Source of the DNA: a virus
Lineage: Duplodnaviria; Caudoviricetes
DNA length: 61,779 nt
IMG/VR virus record: IMGVR_UViG_3300023246_000570
Location: 1-61,779 of that record
Direction: 5' to 3' (one strand)
Each line of letters starts with the position of its first letter. Positions within the stretch are counted from its first letter, which is position 1. Under the pieces are notes generated by a model. That model made no database searches, was not told the origin of the DNA, and saw only the letters and a program-made list of their open reading frames with translations. Below are positions 9,199 to 17,508 of the stretch, in pieces. The position numbers and the translations under genes are program-made.

Positions 9199-9487
9199 CA
9201 CTATGTCAAAAAAGAACACAAATATAGGCGAAGCCGAAAACCTTAAATAGAGTAGGCAAACTAAATTTAGAAATAATGAACCAAACAGAAAAAGTACAAA
9301 GTATGTTAAACAGCGAAATTAACAGCTTACAGGTCTTAACTCTTAAAAGAGAGGTTGCATTGAGGAAATTCAAAAGAAGTGCTTATATAGTACTCTTATT
9401 CATTGCAACGAGTAGTATAATACTTGGATGTTGTAATGTTATTTGAGATAGTGATAAATAGTAATTATTAATTTAAAATATAAAGTT

Positions 9488-9877
9488 ATGAAAATAATAA
9501 GAAAAAGAAATTACCTGAGTACAAGCGATTTTGTACAAACTAATGATTTAGAAAAAGAAGCAATAAAACTATTTGGCAAAAATTGGGAGAGTGCTGACGA
9601 TGTAGAACAAATTAAAAAACTGTTAATCTTTGTAGGACAAACTACTTATGATGTAGATTATCTTGAAGGAACAAGAAGTGATTATAATATGAAAGTTTAC
9701 GATTGTTGGAAATTAGACCAAATGGAAGCGTTAGGAAAACAAAGAGATGAATTATTAGAAGCATTAAAATTAATGGTTAAAAATACAAGTCTTAATAAGC
9801 TGAATATAAAAAAAGACTTTAGTCTTATTAATGCTCATGCTAACGCAACAAGGATAATAGGAAGAGAACGCAAATAA
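9488..9877 (+). CDS. Hypothetical protein
   Basis: AAAGTTATG leader; QRDELLEALK segment common in phage early proteins. Confidence 0.65.
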   Translation: MKIIRKRNYLSTSDFVQTNDLEKEAIKLFGKNWESADDVEQIKKLLIFVGQTTYDVDYLEGTRSDYNMKVYDCWKLDQMEALGKQRDELLEALKLMVKNTSLNKLNIKKDFSLINAHANATRIIGRERK

Positions 9878-9899
9878 TATTAATTTAAAAATTAAAGTT

Positions 9900-10199
9900 A
9901 TGAAACTAAAAAAAGGAAAAAAAATAGATAATCTTAAAATAAGGAAACAATTAAACTTGTTCTATTCTTATCATGGTTATTCAAAAACACTAACAGATAT
10001 AACAAATGTTAGATTTTTTGAAACAAAAGAATATTATACGGTTGAAATAACAACACATAGACCAGGAATAGTAATAGGTAAAGGAGGTAGGGATATAGAC
10101 GAATTAGAAAAGTACCTAAATGATGATTGTTTTAATAAGCCTGTTAAAATACTTTTATTAGAATGCCAATTATGGTTAAAATTATATAGCCCTAATTAA
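9900..10199 (+). CDS. Stand-alone type II KH domain protein resembling the ribosomal protein S3 N-terminal domain
   Basis: VEITTHRPGIVIGKGGRDIDEL matches the S3 T.RPG..IGKxG signature with the GxxG loop; the S3 C-terminal domain is absent. Confidence 0.75.
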   Translation: MKLKKGKKIDNLKIRKQLNLFYSYHGYSKTLTDITNVRFFETKEYYTVEITTHRPGIVIGKGGRDIDELEKYLNDDCFNKPVKILLLECQLWLKLYSPN

Positions 10200-10242
10200 C
10201 ACTATTACAGAAAAGAATTATTAATTAAAATAAATAGAAATT

Positions 10243-10458
10243 ATGAAAATTAAAAAAATCAATTCACAAAGTCGTAGAGATTTTCGAGCAACTTATGAAT
10301 GTGAGCATTGCGGACATACAGAAGATGGAAGCGGTTATGATGATGCAAACTTTCATCAAAACGTAATTCCTAAGATGAAATGCAGTAAATGTGGTAAAAA
10401 AGCAAGTGATGAATATAAGCCACTTGCAACAAAGTATCCAGAAGGAATGCAAATATAA
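10243..10458 (+). CDS. Zn-ribbon protein
   Basis: CEHCG ... CSKCG. Confidence 0.7.
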   Translation: MKIKKINSQSRRDFRATYECEHCGHTEDGSGYDDANFHQNVIPKMKCSKCGKKASDEYKPLATKYPEGMQI

Positions 10459-10515
10459 ACTATTCTGATGAGCTTTCAATAAGCGAAACAGGGATTAATA
10501 CTCCCTGTCAATAGT
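10459..10515 (+). ncRNA. Hammerhead ribozyme, type I
   Basis: Stem I ACTATT/AATAGT, core CTGATGA, stem II GCTT-tcaat-AAGC, GAAA, stem III CAGGGA-ttaatac-TCCCTG, GTC cleavage triplet (cut after C10509). Confidence 0.92.
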
Positions 10516-10666
10516 AATTTAAAAATCAAACAAAATGAAAAAATTAGAAAAGATTTATGGAATATGTTTATATTGCCTTGCAAGTGCTGTTATAATAGGG
10601 GTAATCGTAAGGGTAATATTTTTTTAATACGAGATAGTAAGTATAAACAATTAAAACTATAAAACT

Positions 10667-10858
10667 ATGAAAGATAAAACATACATTATACACACTACAC
10701 ATAGTAACCTCTTGGTTAAACAAGGAGATAGAGTTGCTTATTTTACAGGGTTAAGACATCATTTAAGAAAATCAGATTTAGATGAATGGAAGTATGCAGT
10801 TGCTTATTGGGAGAAACAAGTTATTGAAACAGAAGAAACTTTTAATTTTACGAGATAG
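10667..10858 (+). CDS. Hypothetical protein
   Basis: ORF whose TAG lies inside the motif copy at 10852. Confidence 0.55.
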   Translation: MKDKTYIIHTTHSNLLVKQGDRVAYFTGLRHHLRKSDLDEWKYAVAYWEKQVIETEETFNFTR

Positions 10859-10893
10859 TGTTATATAGCACTATGTCAGAAAAATCTTAAATT

Positions 10894-11133
10894 ATGAAAG
10901 ATAAAGAAATATTAGAAGCAATGAATAAAAAATCTGCATTAAACTATCTAAAAAAAGCACAAAAACTTTTAAAAGAGATAAACTTTTGTTCTCCTGGAAT
11001 AACTAAAGCGATAAATGATATAAAAGGAGTAGAAGATAAAAATATTGTAATGATTGAAAAAGAAATTGAAAGTTATAAGGAGATAGATATAAATGTTATT
11101 ACAAATGATTATCGTATTATTAATAGGAAATAG
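10894..11133 (+). CDS. Hypothetical protein
   Basis: ORF whose TAG lies inside the motif copy at 11127. Confidence 0.55.
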   Translation: MKDKEILEAMNKKSALNYLKKAQKLLKEINFCSPGITKAINDIKGVEDKNIVMIEKEIESYKEIDINVITNDYRIINRK

Positions 11134-11149
11134 TGTTAAATAAAAAGTT

Positions 11150-11776
11150 ATGAAAGAAACAGCTAAATACATAAGAAGCAATTTATCTTGCCTCAATTAT
11201 TCAACACTATCTCAGATAAAGATAGAGATAACACGCACACTAATAACAGAAAAATTAGAGGTAATACCCTCACAAGACAACAGCGAGTCCGCAAAACTAC
11301 TTGGGAGAACTGTGCATAGTACAAATGTGTTTGATCTGTCGTTATCATTTGAAGCTAATAAAAAAAGATTCTATGACTATCTCCGGAAAAACTACAAAAT
11401 AAGGTCTGATTTTAATAGAATATACAGAGCTTCTGAACTGTTTGCTGTAAATAGCTTCTGTTACAATGGACACGACAGGTACAAAGTTAAAAAAGTAAGC
11501 GAAGATATAATATTTGAACTTATAAGATTACTTAATAAAATAATATTAAATACAGATGAAGATTTATTCGAAATAGACTCAAATAGCATCACCAAACTTG
11601 CTAATTTTGAAGAAGTGTATATTAGAAACATTAAATTAAGAATTAAATGTTTTCGTGCCGGAAGAATAGATATTAGCGGACTTGGTAAAAGAGAGAAGTC
11701 TTTCATGCTACGTTTGTGTAATAAGAATAAAGCTGGGTACTTGCTGCCTAATAGAGATTATAAAGAGAAACAGTAA
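11150..11776 (+). CDS. Hypothetical protein, possibly DUF4942-like C-terminus
   Basis: IKCFRAGRIDI resembles the xKxFKNGRxDI motif; the family assignment is tentative. Confidence 0.55.
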   Translation: MKETAKYIRSNLSCLNYSTLSQIKIEITRTLITEKLEVIPSQDNSESAKLLGRTVHSTNVFDLSLSFEANKKRFYDYLRKNYKIRSDFNRIYRASELFAVNSFCYNGHDRYKVKKVSEDIIFELIRLLNKIILNTDEDLFEIDSNSITKLANFEEVYIRNIKLRIKCFRAGRIDISGLGKREKSFMLRLCNKNKAGYLLPNRDYKEKQ

Positions 11777-11792
11777 TTAAAAAATAGAAATT

Positions 11793-12029
11793 ATGGGAAA
11801 GAACAATGGTTATCACGAAAAAAAAGCAAGAGAGTATGCTGATAATATTAAGGCAACGGATAATTTTAAAAACTTTACAATACAGTCAGGGATGGCAGCA
11901 GATAGTTATGCAAAGATGTCAGAAACAATAACTCTGTTCGATAGTTTAACAGATACAGAAAGAGTAATCGTAATGGATGGGTATTGTTGTTACTGCGGAA
12001 AGAAATTAAATAAATGTGAATGTGATTAA
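11793..12029 (+). CDS. Hypothetical protein with Cys-rich C-terminus
   Basis: Ends YCCYCG...CECD. Confidence 0.6.
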   Translation: MGKNNGYHEKKAREYADNIKATDNFKNFTIQSGMAADSYAKMSETITLFDSLTDTERVIVMDGYCCYCGKKLNKCECD

Positions 12030-12272
12030 TCAACACTATCTCAATTTAGAATTGTTTTTAATAGAAATTGATTCACCTTTGTGTATTAAAACGTTCTTTG
12101 AAAAATATTTAACACTATTTCAGATACTTATACGAGATAGTGTGAAATAGTTTTGGAAATATGATAAAAAGGCTTATCTTCGTGGCTTAAAGTTCTTAGA
12201 AAATATATTAACTTACCACGAAAGTTAAATTATATAAAGACCGTTTTGTTTGGCTTCAGTCAGCATAAAATT

Positions 12273-12316
12273 AGTCCTTTTATAATTATCGTGGTAATTG
12301 TAAAAGGACTTTTTTT
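12273..12316 (+). terminator. Intrinsic terminator/attenuator hairpin
   Basis: AGTCCTTTTATAATTA-tcgtgg-TAATTGTAAAAGGACT followed by a T run. Confidence 0.7.
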
Positions 12317-12721
12317 ATGTTGTTAATTGGACGGGAGTAATGTAACGTCAGCGATCAATAACTATTAGCTTAATCAGGCTTTATATGATTACGCAGTACT
12401 GGGTGGGTTGACAAACTGCAATGGTGATACAAAGGTAAGAGCCAGTCAGCCGAATGTGCCAATTTGATATTGATACCAGACTAATGCACGGCACGATGAC
12501 ATTGGTTGCTAAAACGACGGGGCGATAACTAAAAGCTAAGATTGTTGAGGCAGAGTAAAAAGAAAACTAAAAATTTTCTATGGACTTACTCTGCCTTCCC
12601 TCAAAGACTCCTCCACAAGCTATCATCTGAAACAAGAATCATTATTGAAGATACCAACATTATCATTAATGGAATAATCTAAATTAGAGAAGTAGTTAAA
12701 TTAGAATTAAAACTAAAAATT

Positions 12722-13132
12722 ATGAAAAATAAAAAAGAAGAATTACAAAAGCAATTAGACGAAATTAAAAAGCAAGAAGAAAAAGAACTTGTAGATAAAC
12801 ATTATCCTGAATTTAAAAAGTTTGAAGGAAAATGTTTTAAAATGAGAAATAATTATAGTCTTCCAGAAGTACCATCTGATTATTGGTGGCTGTATAAGAA
12901 AGTTGTAAAAATAAAAAAAGAAGATATATATTTCAGCAACTGCAAGACACTTAAAGTACTTTCTTATTATGACGGATATTCATTCCAAACAGACAAGCAT
13001 GGAAGAATAACAATTAATAAAAACGAACAAGGTTATATTCATGGTCTTGGCGAAGAAATTACTGAAAAAGAATTTAATGATGCTTGGGATAAAATGATTG
13101 TTTGTCTTGAAAAATTGAAAGGAAGTAATTGA
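12722..13132 (+). CDS. Hypothetical protein
   Basis: 136-aa ORF with A-rich leader. Confidence 0.7.
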   Translation: MKNKKEELQKQLDEIKKQEEKELVDKHYPEFKKFEGKCFKMRNNYSLPEVPSDYWWLYKKVVKIKKEDIYFSNCKTLKVLSYYDGYSFQTDKHGRITINKNEQGYIHGLGEEITEKEFNDAWDKMIVCLEKLKGSN

Positions 13133-13307
13133 CCTATCTCAAAATAAAATTAGAATTATTTGGTAAATCCAAAAACAATCCGTATCTTGTGCTCGGTTTT
13201 TCGACAATTCTATTTTCATTTGATTTAGCCTTTGTTCGCAGGGGCTAAATTTTGCACCAAGAAGTGAACATAAAAGATTAACTATATAAACATAAAGCAA
13301 CAATTAT

Positions 13308-13505
13308 ATGCACATCAATAAGAAAGCAATAGATAAAAGAATTACAGAAACAGGGATTAAGAAAAACTATCTCGCCCTAAAGACCGAAGTGTGTCGCACT
13401 ACCTTCTATAAGTATATAGGAGGCAAGTGTGATGTGCCTCATCGGTTTGTTGTGTTATTAGCATTTGCTCTTAATATCTCTGTGAAAAAGATTTACAAGG
13501 AGTAA
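13308..13505 (+). CDS. Cro/XRE-type HTH regulator
   Basis: KKNYLALKTEVCRTTFYKYIGG HTH pattern and LAFALNISV tail. Confidence 0.7.
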   Translation: MHINKKAIDKRITETGIKKNYLALKTEVCRTTFYKYIGGKCDVPHRFVVLLAFALNISVKKIYKE

Positions 13506-13539
13506 GATTTTTTGAAATAGTCATAAATAAAATTAAGTT

Positions 13540-13716
13540 ATGTTTGGATTCATTAAAGACATTGCAAAAGGAATAGGAGGCATAGTGGGAACAATCATAG
13601 GTGTGCCTGTGGCTATTATAGCTGAAACATTAGGAATTACTATTGATATGGTTAATAAGGCTAAAGAAGCAGGATGCGAAACTTATGAAGAAATACGTAA
13701 ATTCCATGATTTATAA
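13540..13716 (+). CDS. Small Gly-rich hypothetical protein (58 aa), not in the ORF track
   Basis: AAGTTATG leader; lies between the motif at 13514 (forward) and about 13724 (reverse). Confidence 0.55.
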   Translation: MFGFIKDIAKGIGGIVGTIIGVPVAIIAETLGITIDMVNKAKEAGCETYEEIRKFHDL

Positions 13717-13736
13717 TAACTAACCAACACTATCTC

Positions 13737-14084
13737 GTGAAAAAAGTATCAGACATATTCATAAACTCAAAAGATTTAAAAAAAATAATAGTACAAAGAA
13801 TAAAAAAAGAAAAACTTTGTGCTTCTCTTATTTGCCGACAAGCACAAGTAAAACCTCATTCACTTTTATCTTGGTGTAAAGGAGATGCAAACAATTTTAA
13901 ATCAGAAGAAATAATAAAAGTTATGAATACAATAGGTATAGACTATCATGTAGTATTTATTCTGAAAAATGATATAGATTATTCTCAAATGAAGGATAAG
14001 GATAAGACAGGATATGAACATGAAATAGATGTTATGTTTAGAAGATTTTTAAAAAAGTTAGAGAAGTTTGATGATATGAAATAG
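13737..14084 (+). CDS. HTH-like DNA-binding protein
   Basis: ICRQAQVKPHSLLSWCKG HTH-like segment; GTG start directly after one motif copy and TAG inside the next. Confidence 0.55.
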   Translation: MKKVSDIFINSKDLKKIIVQRIKKEKLCASLICRQAQVKPHSLLSWCKGDANNFKSEEIIKVMNTIGIDYHVVFILKNDIDYSQMKDKDKTGYEHEIDVMFRRFLKKLEKFDDMK

Positions 14085-14117
14085 TGTTGAATAGTAAAAA
14101 ATTAAAAATTAAATGTT

Positions 14118-14738
14118 ATGAAACATATATTTATCACATTCATTATTGTAGCAAGTACTTTTTATTGTGTCGCTCAAAATAAGTATGAAGCAGAGGGTGA
14201 TATAAAATATAAAAATGAAGATTACGCAGGAGCGATTATAGAATATAATAAAGCATTAAATATTGCATCATATTATTCGGGAGAAGATACAGTAAGTGTT
14301 TCTAAAGATTACACATATTTTCTTAGAGGAACATGTAAATTGTATACAGAAGATTTTACTGGAGCAATTATCGACCTTACTAAATCATTAAAAAACTGTC
14401 CTCATAATGTGAATAATTTTTTCATTTATGGAAATAGAATGATTAAATTTGGCGAAGAATATATTGTAATGAAAAATAGTTATTCATTACAGCATAGCTA
14501 TAGTCATATCTATTATTATCGTGGTTGTGCAAAAATGAATTTAAAAGACTTTAAGGGAGCTATTATTGATTTTAATAGAACAATAAATGATGAAGATATT
14601 AAATATAAAATTTTTTACTATAGAGGAATCTGTAGATTAAATTTAGGACTTAACGATATTGGCTGTGAAGATTTAAGAATGGCAGGAGAATTGGGAAATA
14701 CAGATGTTTACGAAATAATAAAAGAACGTTGTCAGTAA
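14118..14738 (+). CDS. Secreted TPR-repeat protein
   Basis: N-terminal signal peptide and repeated YYYRG..K..L.D..GAI.D TPR units. Confidence 0.8.
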   Translation: MKHIFITFIIVASTFYCVAQNKYEAEGDIKYKNEDYAGAIIEYNKALNIASYYSGEDTVSVSKDYTYFLRGTCKLYTEDFTGAIIDLTKSLKNCPHNVNNFFIYGNRMIKFGEEYIVMKNSYSLQHSYSHIYYYRGCAKMNLKDFKGAIIDFNRTINDEDIKYKIFYYRGICRLNLGLNDIGCEDLRMAGELGNTDVYEIIKERCQ

Positions 14739-14802
14739 TAAAGTTAATACTTGCAATAACTATTTAGTGTAAATTAGTATATCATTACCTAAACTATATA
14801 TT

Positions 14803-15090
14803 ATGAATACAAATACAGGAAACATTATTAGTCATGAGGATTTATTAAAAAATAATCCTTCAAAAGAATTTTTAGAAAACTTTGTTGACGTGAACAATAT
14901 GGATATGACACGAAAGCAAAGAGAAACCAAACAAGTAAGCTTGAAAGACCATAAAAGTATATTAGGCAAAAAGCTAACAGCTATAAGAAAAGAAAAAATA
15001 GTACATAGGGGAGATATATGCCCTTGTGGTAGTGGCAAAATATTTAAGTATTGTTGTGCTAATATTGAAAAATCAAAGAGGACATTTTAG
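14803..15090 (+). CDS. SEC-C motif protein
   Basis: GDICPCGSGKIFKYCC is a SEC-C metal-binding motif. Confidence 0.8.
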   Translation: MNTNTGNIISHEDLLKNNPSKEFLENFVDVNNMDMTRKQRETKQVSLKDHKSILGKKLTAIRKEKIVHRGDICPCGSGKIFKYCCANIEKSKRTF

Positions 15091-15113
15091 CTATCTAACA
15101 CTATCTCAAAAAA

Positions 15114-15317
15114 ATGAAAAGAAACCAACTATTAGAAGAGTTTAAAGAATTAATAATTAAGTTATCTGAACTTGGAGAGTATGTAGCTTTATTAGAATTT
15201 AAAGATAGCAGACCTAATATATCAAAGCTAAAAAACGGTTTAAATGAGTCAATAGAAGATTTAAAACAGTTTAAAAGAAAAGTTGATGAAGTTAGGAGAG
15301 TTATACAAAATAAATAG
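15114..15317 (+). CDS. Coiled-coil hypothetical protein
   Basis: ORF between the motif at 15091 (reverse) and 15326 (forward). Confidence 0.6.
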   Translation: MKRNQLLEEFKELIIKLSELGEYVALLEFKDSRPNISKLKNGLNESIEDLKQFKRKVDEVRRVIQNK

Positions 15318-15466
15318 AATTATACGAAATAGTCATAAATAACAACTATCTAACACTATCTCAAAAAATAATCTTAATTAAGTTTTTTAAATTGGTAAAA
15401 ATTCTTACCTTTGCAAAAGAATTAGAGAGAAGCCAAAGTATTTATTAATTTAAAACATTTAAAGTT

Positions 15467-16930
15467 ATGATTATTTCTTTAACAATTGAGTCTAAAGGCG
15501 GTGTAACATTGTCTTCGACTTCGGTACAGGGTTTCGATAGCGAAAAACTCTATTCTCTAATGGATGACCCAACAGGATTAGGTGGAGCTGCATTTTTTGT
15601 TTACTTCGATCCAACAGGAATACCAACAAATTACACCGTAACAGAAACAGTAGCTGCAATAGCAACTATGACGGCAGGTGGAACAGCAACAGGAACAACA
15701 AATGAGAAATTTGCAGTTGATTCAGATGCAGCAGATTATTTCTCAATTAAAAACAACGCAGGTGTAGCAGAATTTTACAATGATATTAGCGACACAGTTA
15801 GAGCACCAATTGCAGCATTAGGAGCAACTTTTACAACTACTGCAACTACAACTACTGCAAACACTATTGATGGTGATACAGTAACAACAGGTATTGGTCT
15901 ATTCGGAACATTTGACGGACTGACAACAGGTGAAGGCTTTAGTTTAACTCATACTACTTCGGTTATTGCTGACGGTGGTTCATTATTGAGATTATCTTCA
16001 ACAGGTATCAACACAGGTGGAGCAACTACTGGTTCTGTATTAGATATTTCTGCAACAGCTCAGTTGGCAGGAACTATTGCATTAATAACGGCAGCAGGAC
16101 TAACAACTGGTAACGCTTTAGAAATTGAAGCAACAGCCCAAACTACAGGTAACTTAATTCTTTGTACAGGTGGAGCAGCTAATATGGCTTCTGGTGGTTC
16201 AATCGCCAGTTTCGATATGGGCGCAGCAACAGCAGGTTCAGGATTGGAAATTGTCAGCTCAGGAGACTATGTTGATTTAACTGACGGAATGATTAACGTT
16301 ACAGCCAACACAGCTACCGCAGGTAACTTGATGGTAATTAATGGTACTTCGTTAACTACAGGTGCTGCATTAAGCATTAACGCAGGAACAGGAGTAGGTG
16401 TTGCTTCAACAGCAAGACTTACAGTAGATATGCCAGTCCCAGCAATAGGTGCAGACATAGGAGTAGCAACTGCTCCTTCTTATTGGATTCCTTTAGGAAA
16501 AAGAGGTGTAGGCGGAATGACTGTAACAGAATTTTATATTGACTTAACAGGTCTTTCTTCTGTAGCTGACGACGGAGACGTAATCGGAGATACAGGACAA
16601 ACTACAAGTGCTACATTAGGTCAGTACACAGTAGCTATAATGGGAACAATAGCAACTGGTGGTGTAATTGAAATGATTTGCTTAGAAGCTCCACAAGGTG
16701 GAACTGCTGACATTGACTTATATTCTCACGCCACAGGAACATTAAGCATTGATGATGACGCTTCTGGTGGAACGCAGCTTATCACAGCAGGTGGAAATTG
16801 GACTAATGGCTTGATTCATGGTGCTACAGCAGACCCAACAGCAGACCATTATTTCTATTTAACTGCTGGTGCTGCTGCCGCAGGTGATTATACGCATGGT
16901 AAATTCTTAATTAGAATCTACGGAGCATAG
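15467..16930 (+). CDS. Virion structural protein (head fibre/decoration-like)
   Basis: G/A/T-rich repetitive beta-strand region, own TACCTTTG promoter (about 15406) and a downstream terminator. Confidence 0.65.
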   Translation: MIISLTIESKGGVTLSSTSVQGFDSEKLYSLMDDPTGLGGAAFFVYFDPTGIPTNYTVTETVAAIATMTAGGTATGTTNEKFAVDSDAADYFSIKNNAGVAEFYNDISDTVRAPIAALGATFTTTATTTTANTIDGDTVTTGIGLFGTFDGLTTGEGFSLTHTTSVIADGGSLLRLSSTGINTGGATTGSVLDISATAQLAGTIALITAAGLTTGNALEIEATAQTTGNLILCTGGAANMASGGSIASFDMGAATAGSGLEIVSSGDYVDLTDGMINVTANTATAGNLMVINGTSLTTGAALSINAGTGVGVASTARLTVDMPVPAIGADIGVATAPSYWIPLGKRGVGGMTVTEFYIDLTGLSSVADDGDVIGDTGQTTSATLGQYTVAIMGTIATGGVIEMICLEAPQGGTADIDLYSHATGTLSIDDDASGGTQLITAGGNWTNGLIHGATADPTADHYFYLTAGAAAAGDYTHGKFLIRIYGA

Positions 16931-16944
16931 AAACTAATCTTTTT

Positions 16945-16981
16945 AAAAAATACACTATCATTTGGTAGTGTATTTTTTTTT
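16945..16981. terminator. Intrinsic terminator
   Basis: AAAAAATACACTA-tcatttgg-TAGTGTATTTTTT. Confidence 0.75.
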
Positions 16982-17027
16982 ACATATATTTGTGCATTAT
17001 TATAAATGAAATTAAAATTAAGGAAAA

Positions 17028-17507
17028 ATGAAAATGACGAATTTAGAAGCATTGAACCTGCTTCAAGGATTAGCAACCGTAAAAGACCTACCAGGTGTAA
17101 AATTTTCTTACGCTGTAGTTAAAAATTCCAAAAAACTTGAATCAATAAGAGATTCTCTACAAAAAGCAGGCGGCATGAGTGAAGACTACCGTAAGTTTTT
17201 AAAAGCAAAAGAAGATATGTTTATCAAAAACAGCAAGAAAGACAAAGATGATAAACCAATAACAACAACCAATGGTCAGATAACTGAATATGACTTTGTA
17301 GACAAAGCTAAAAACGAAAAAGAGTTTAAAGTTTTGTTAAAGAAGCATGATGCAGTTATAAAAGCAGAACAAGAAAAAGAAAAAGAACTTCAAGAACTTC
17401 TAAAAGACAAAATAGACGTAGATTTACACAAAGTAAAAATAGAGTTTGTCCCTGAAAAAATAACAGCAACACAGCTTAACGCTATTATGCCAATGATAGA
17501 AGACTAA
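17028..17507 (+). CDS. Hypothetical phage protein (DUF1617-like, tentative)
   Basis: LPGVKFSYAVVKNSKKL pattern; helical and charged. Confidence 0.55.
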   Translation: MKMTNLEALNLLQGLATVKDLPGVKFSYAVVKNSKKLESIRDSLQKAGGMSEDYRKFLKAKEDMFIKNSKKDKDDKPITTTNGQITEYDFVDKAKNEKEFKVLLKKHDAVIKAEQEKEKELQELLKDKIDVDLHKVKIEFVPEKITATQLNAIMPMIED

Positions 17508-17508
17508 G

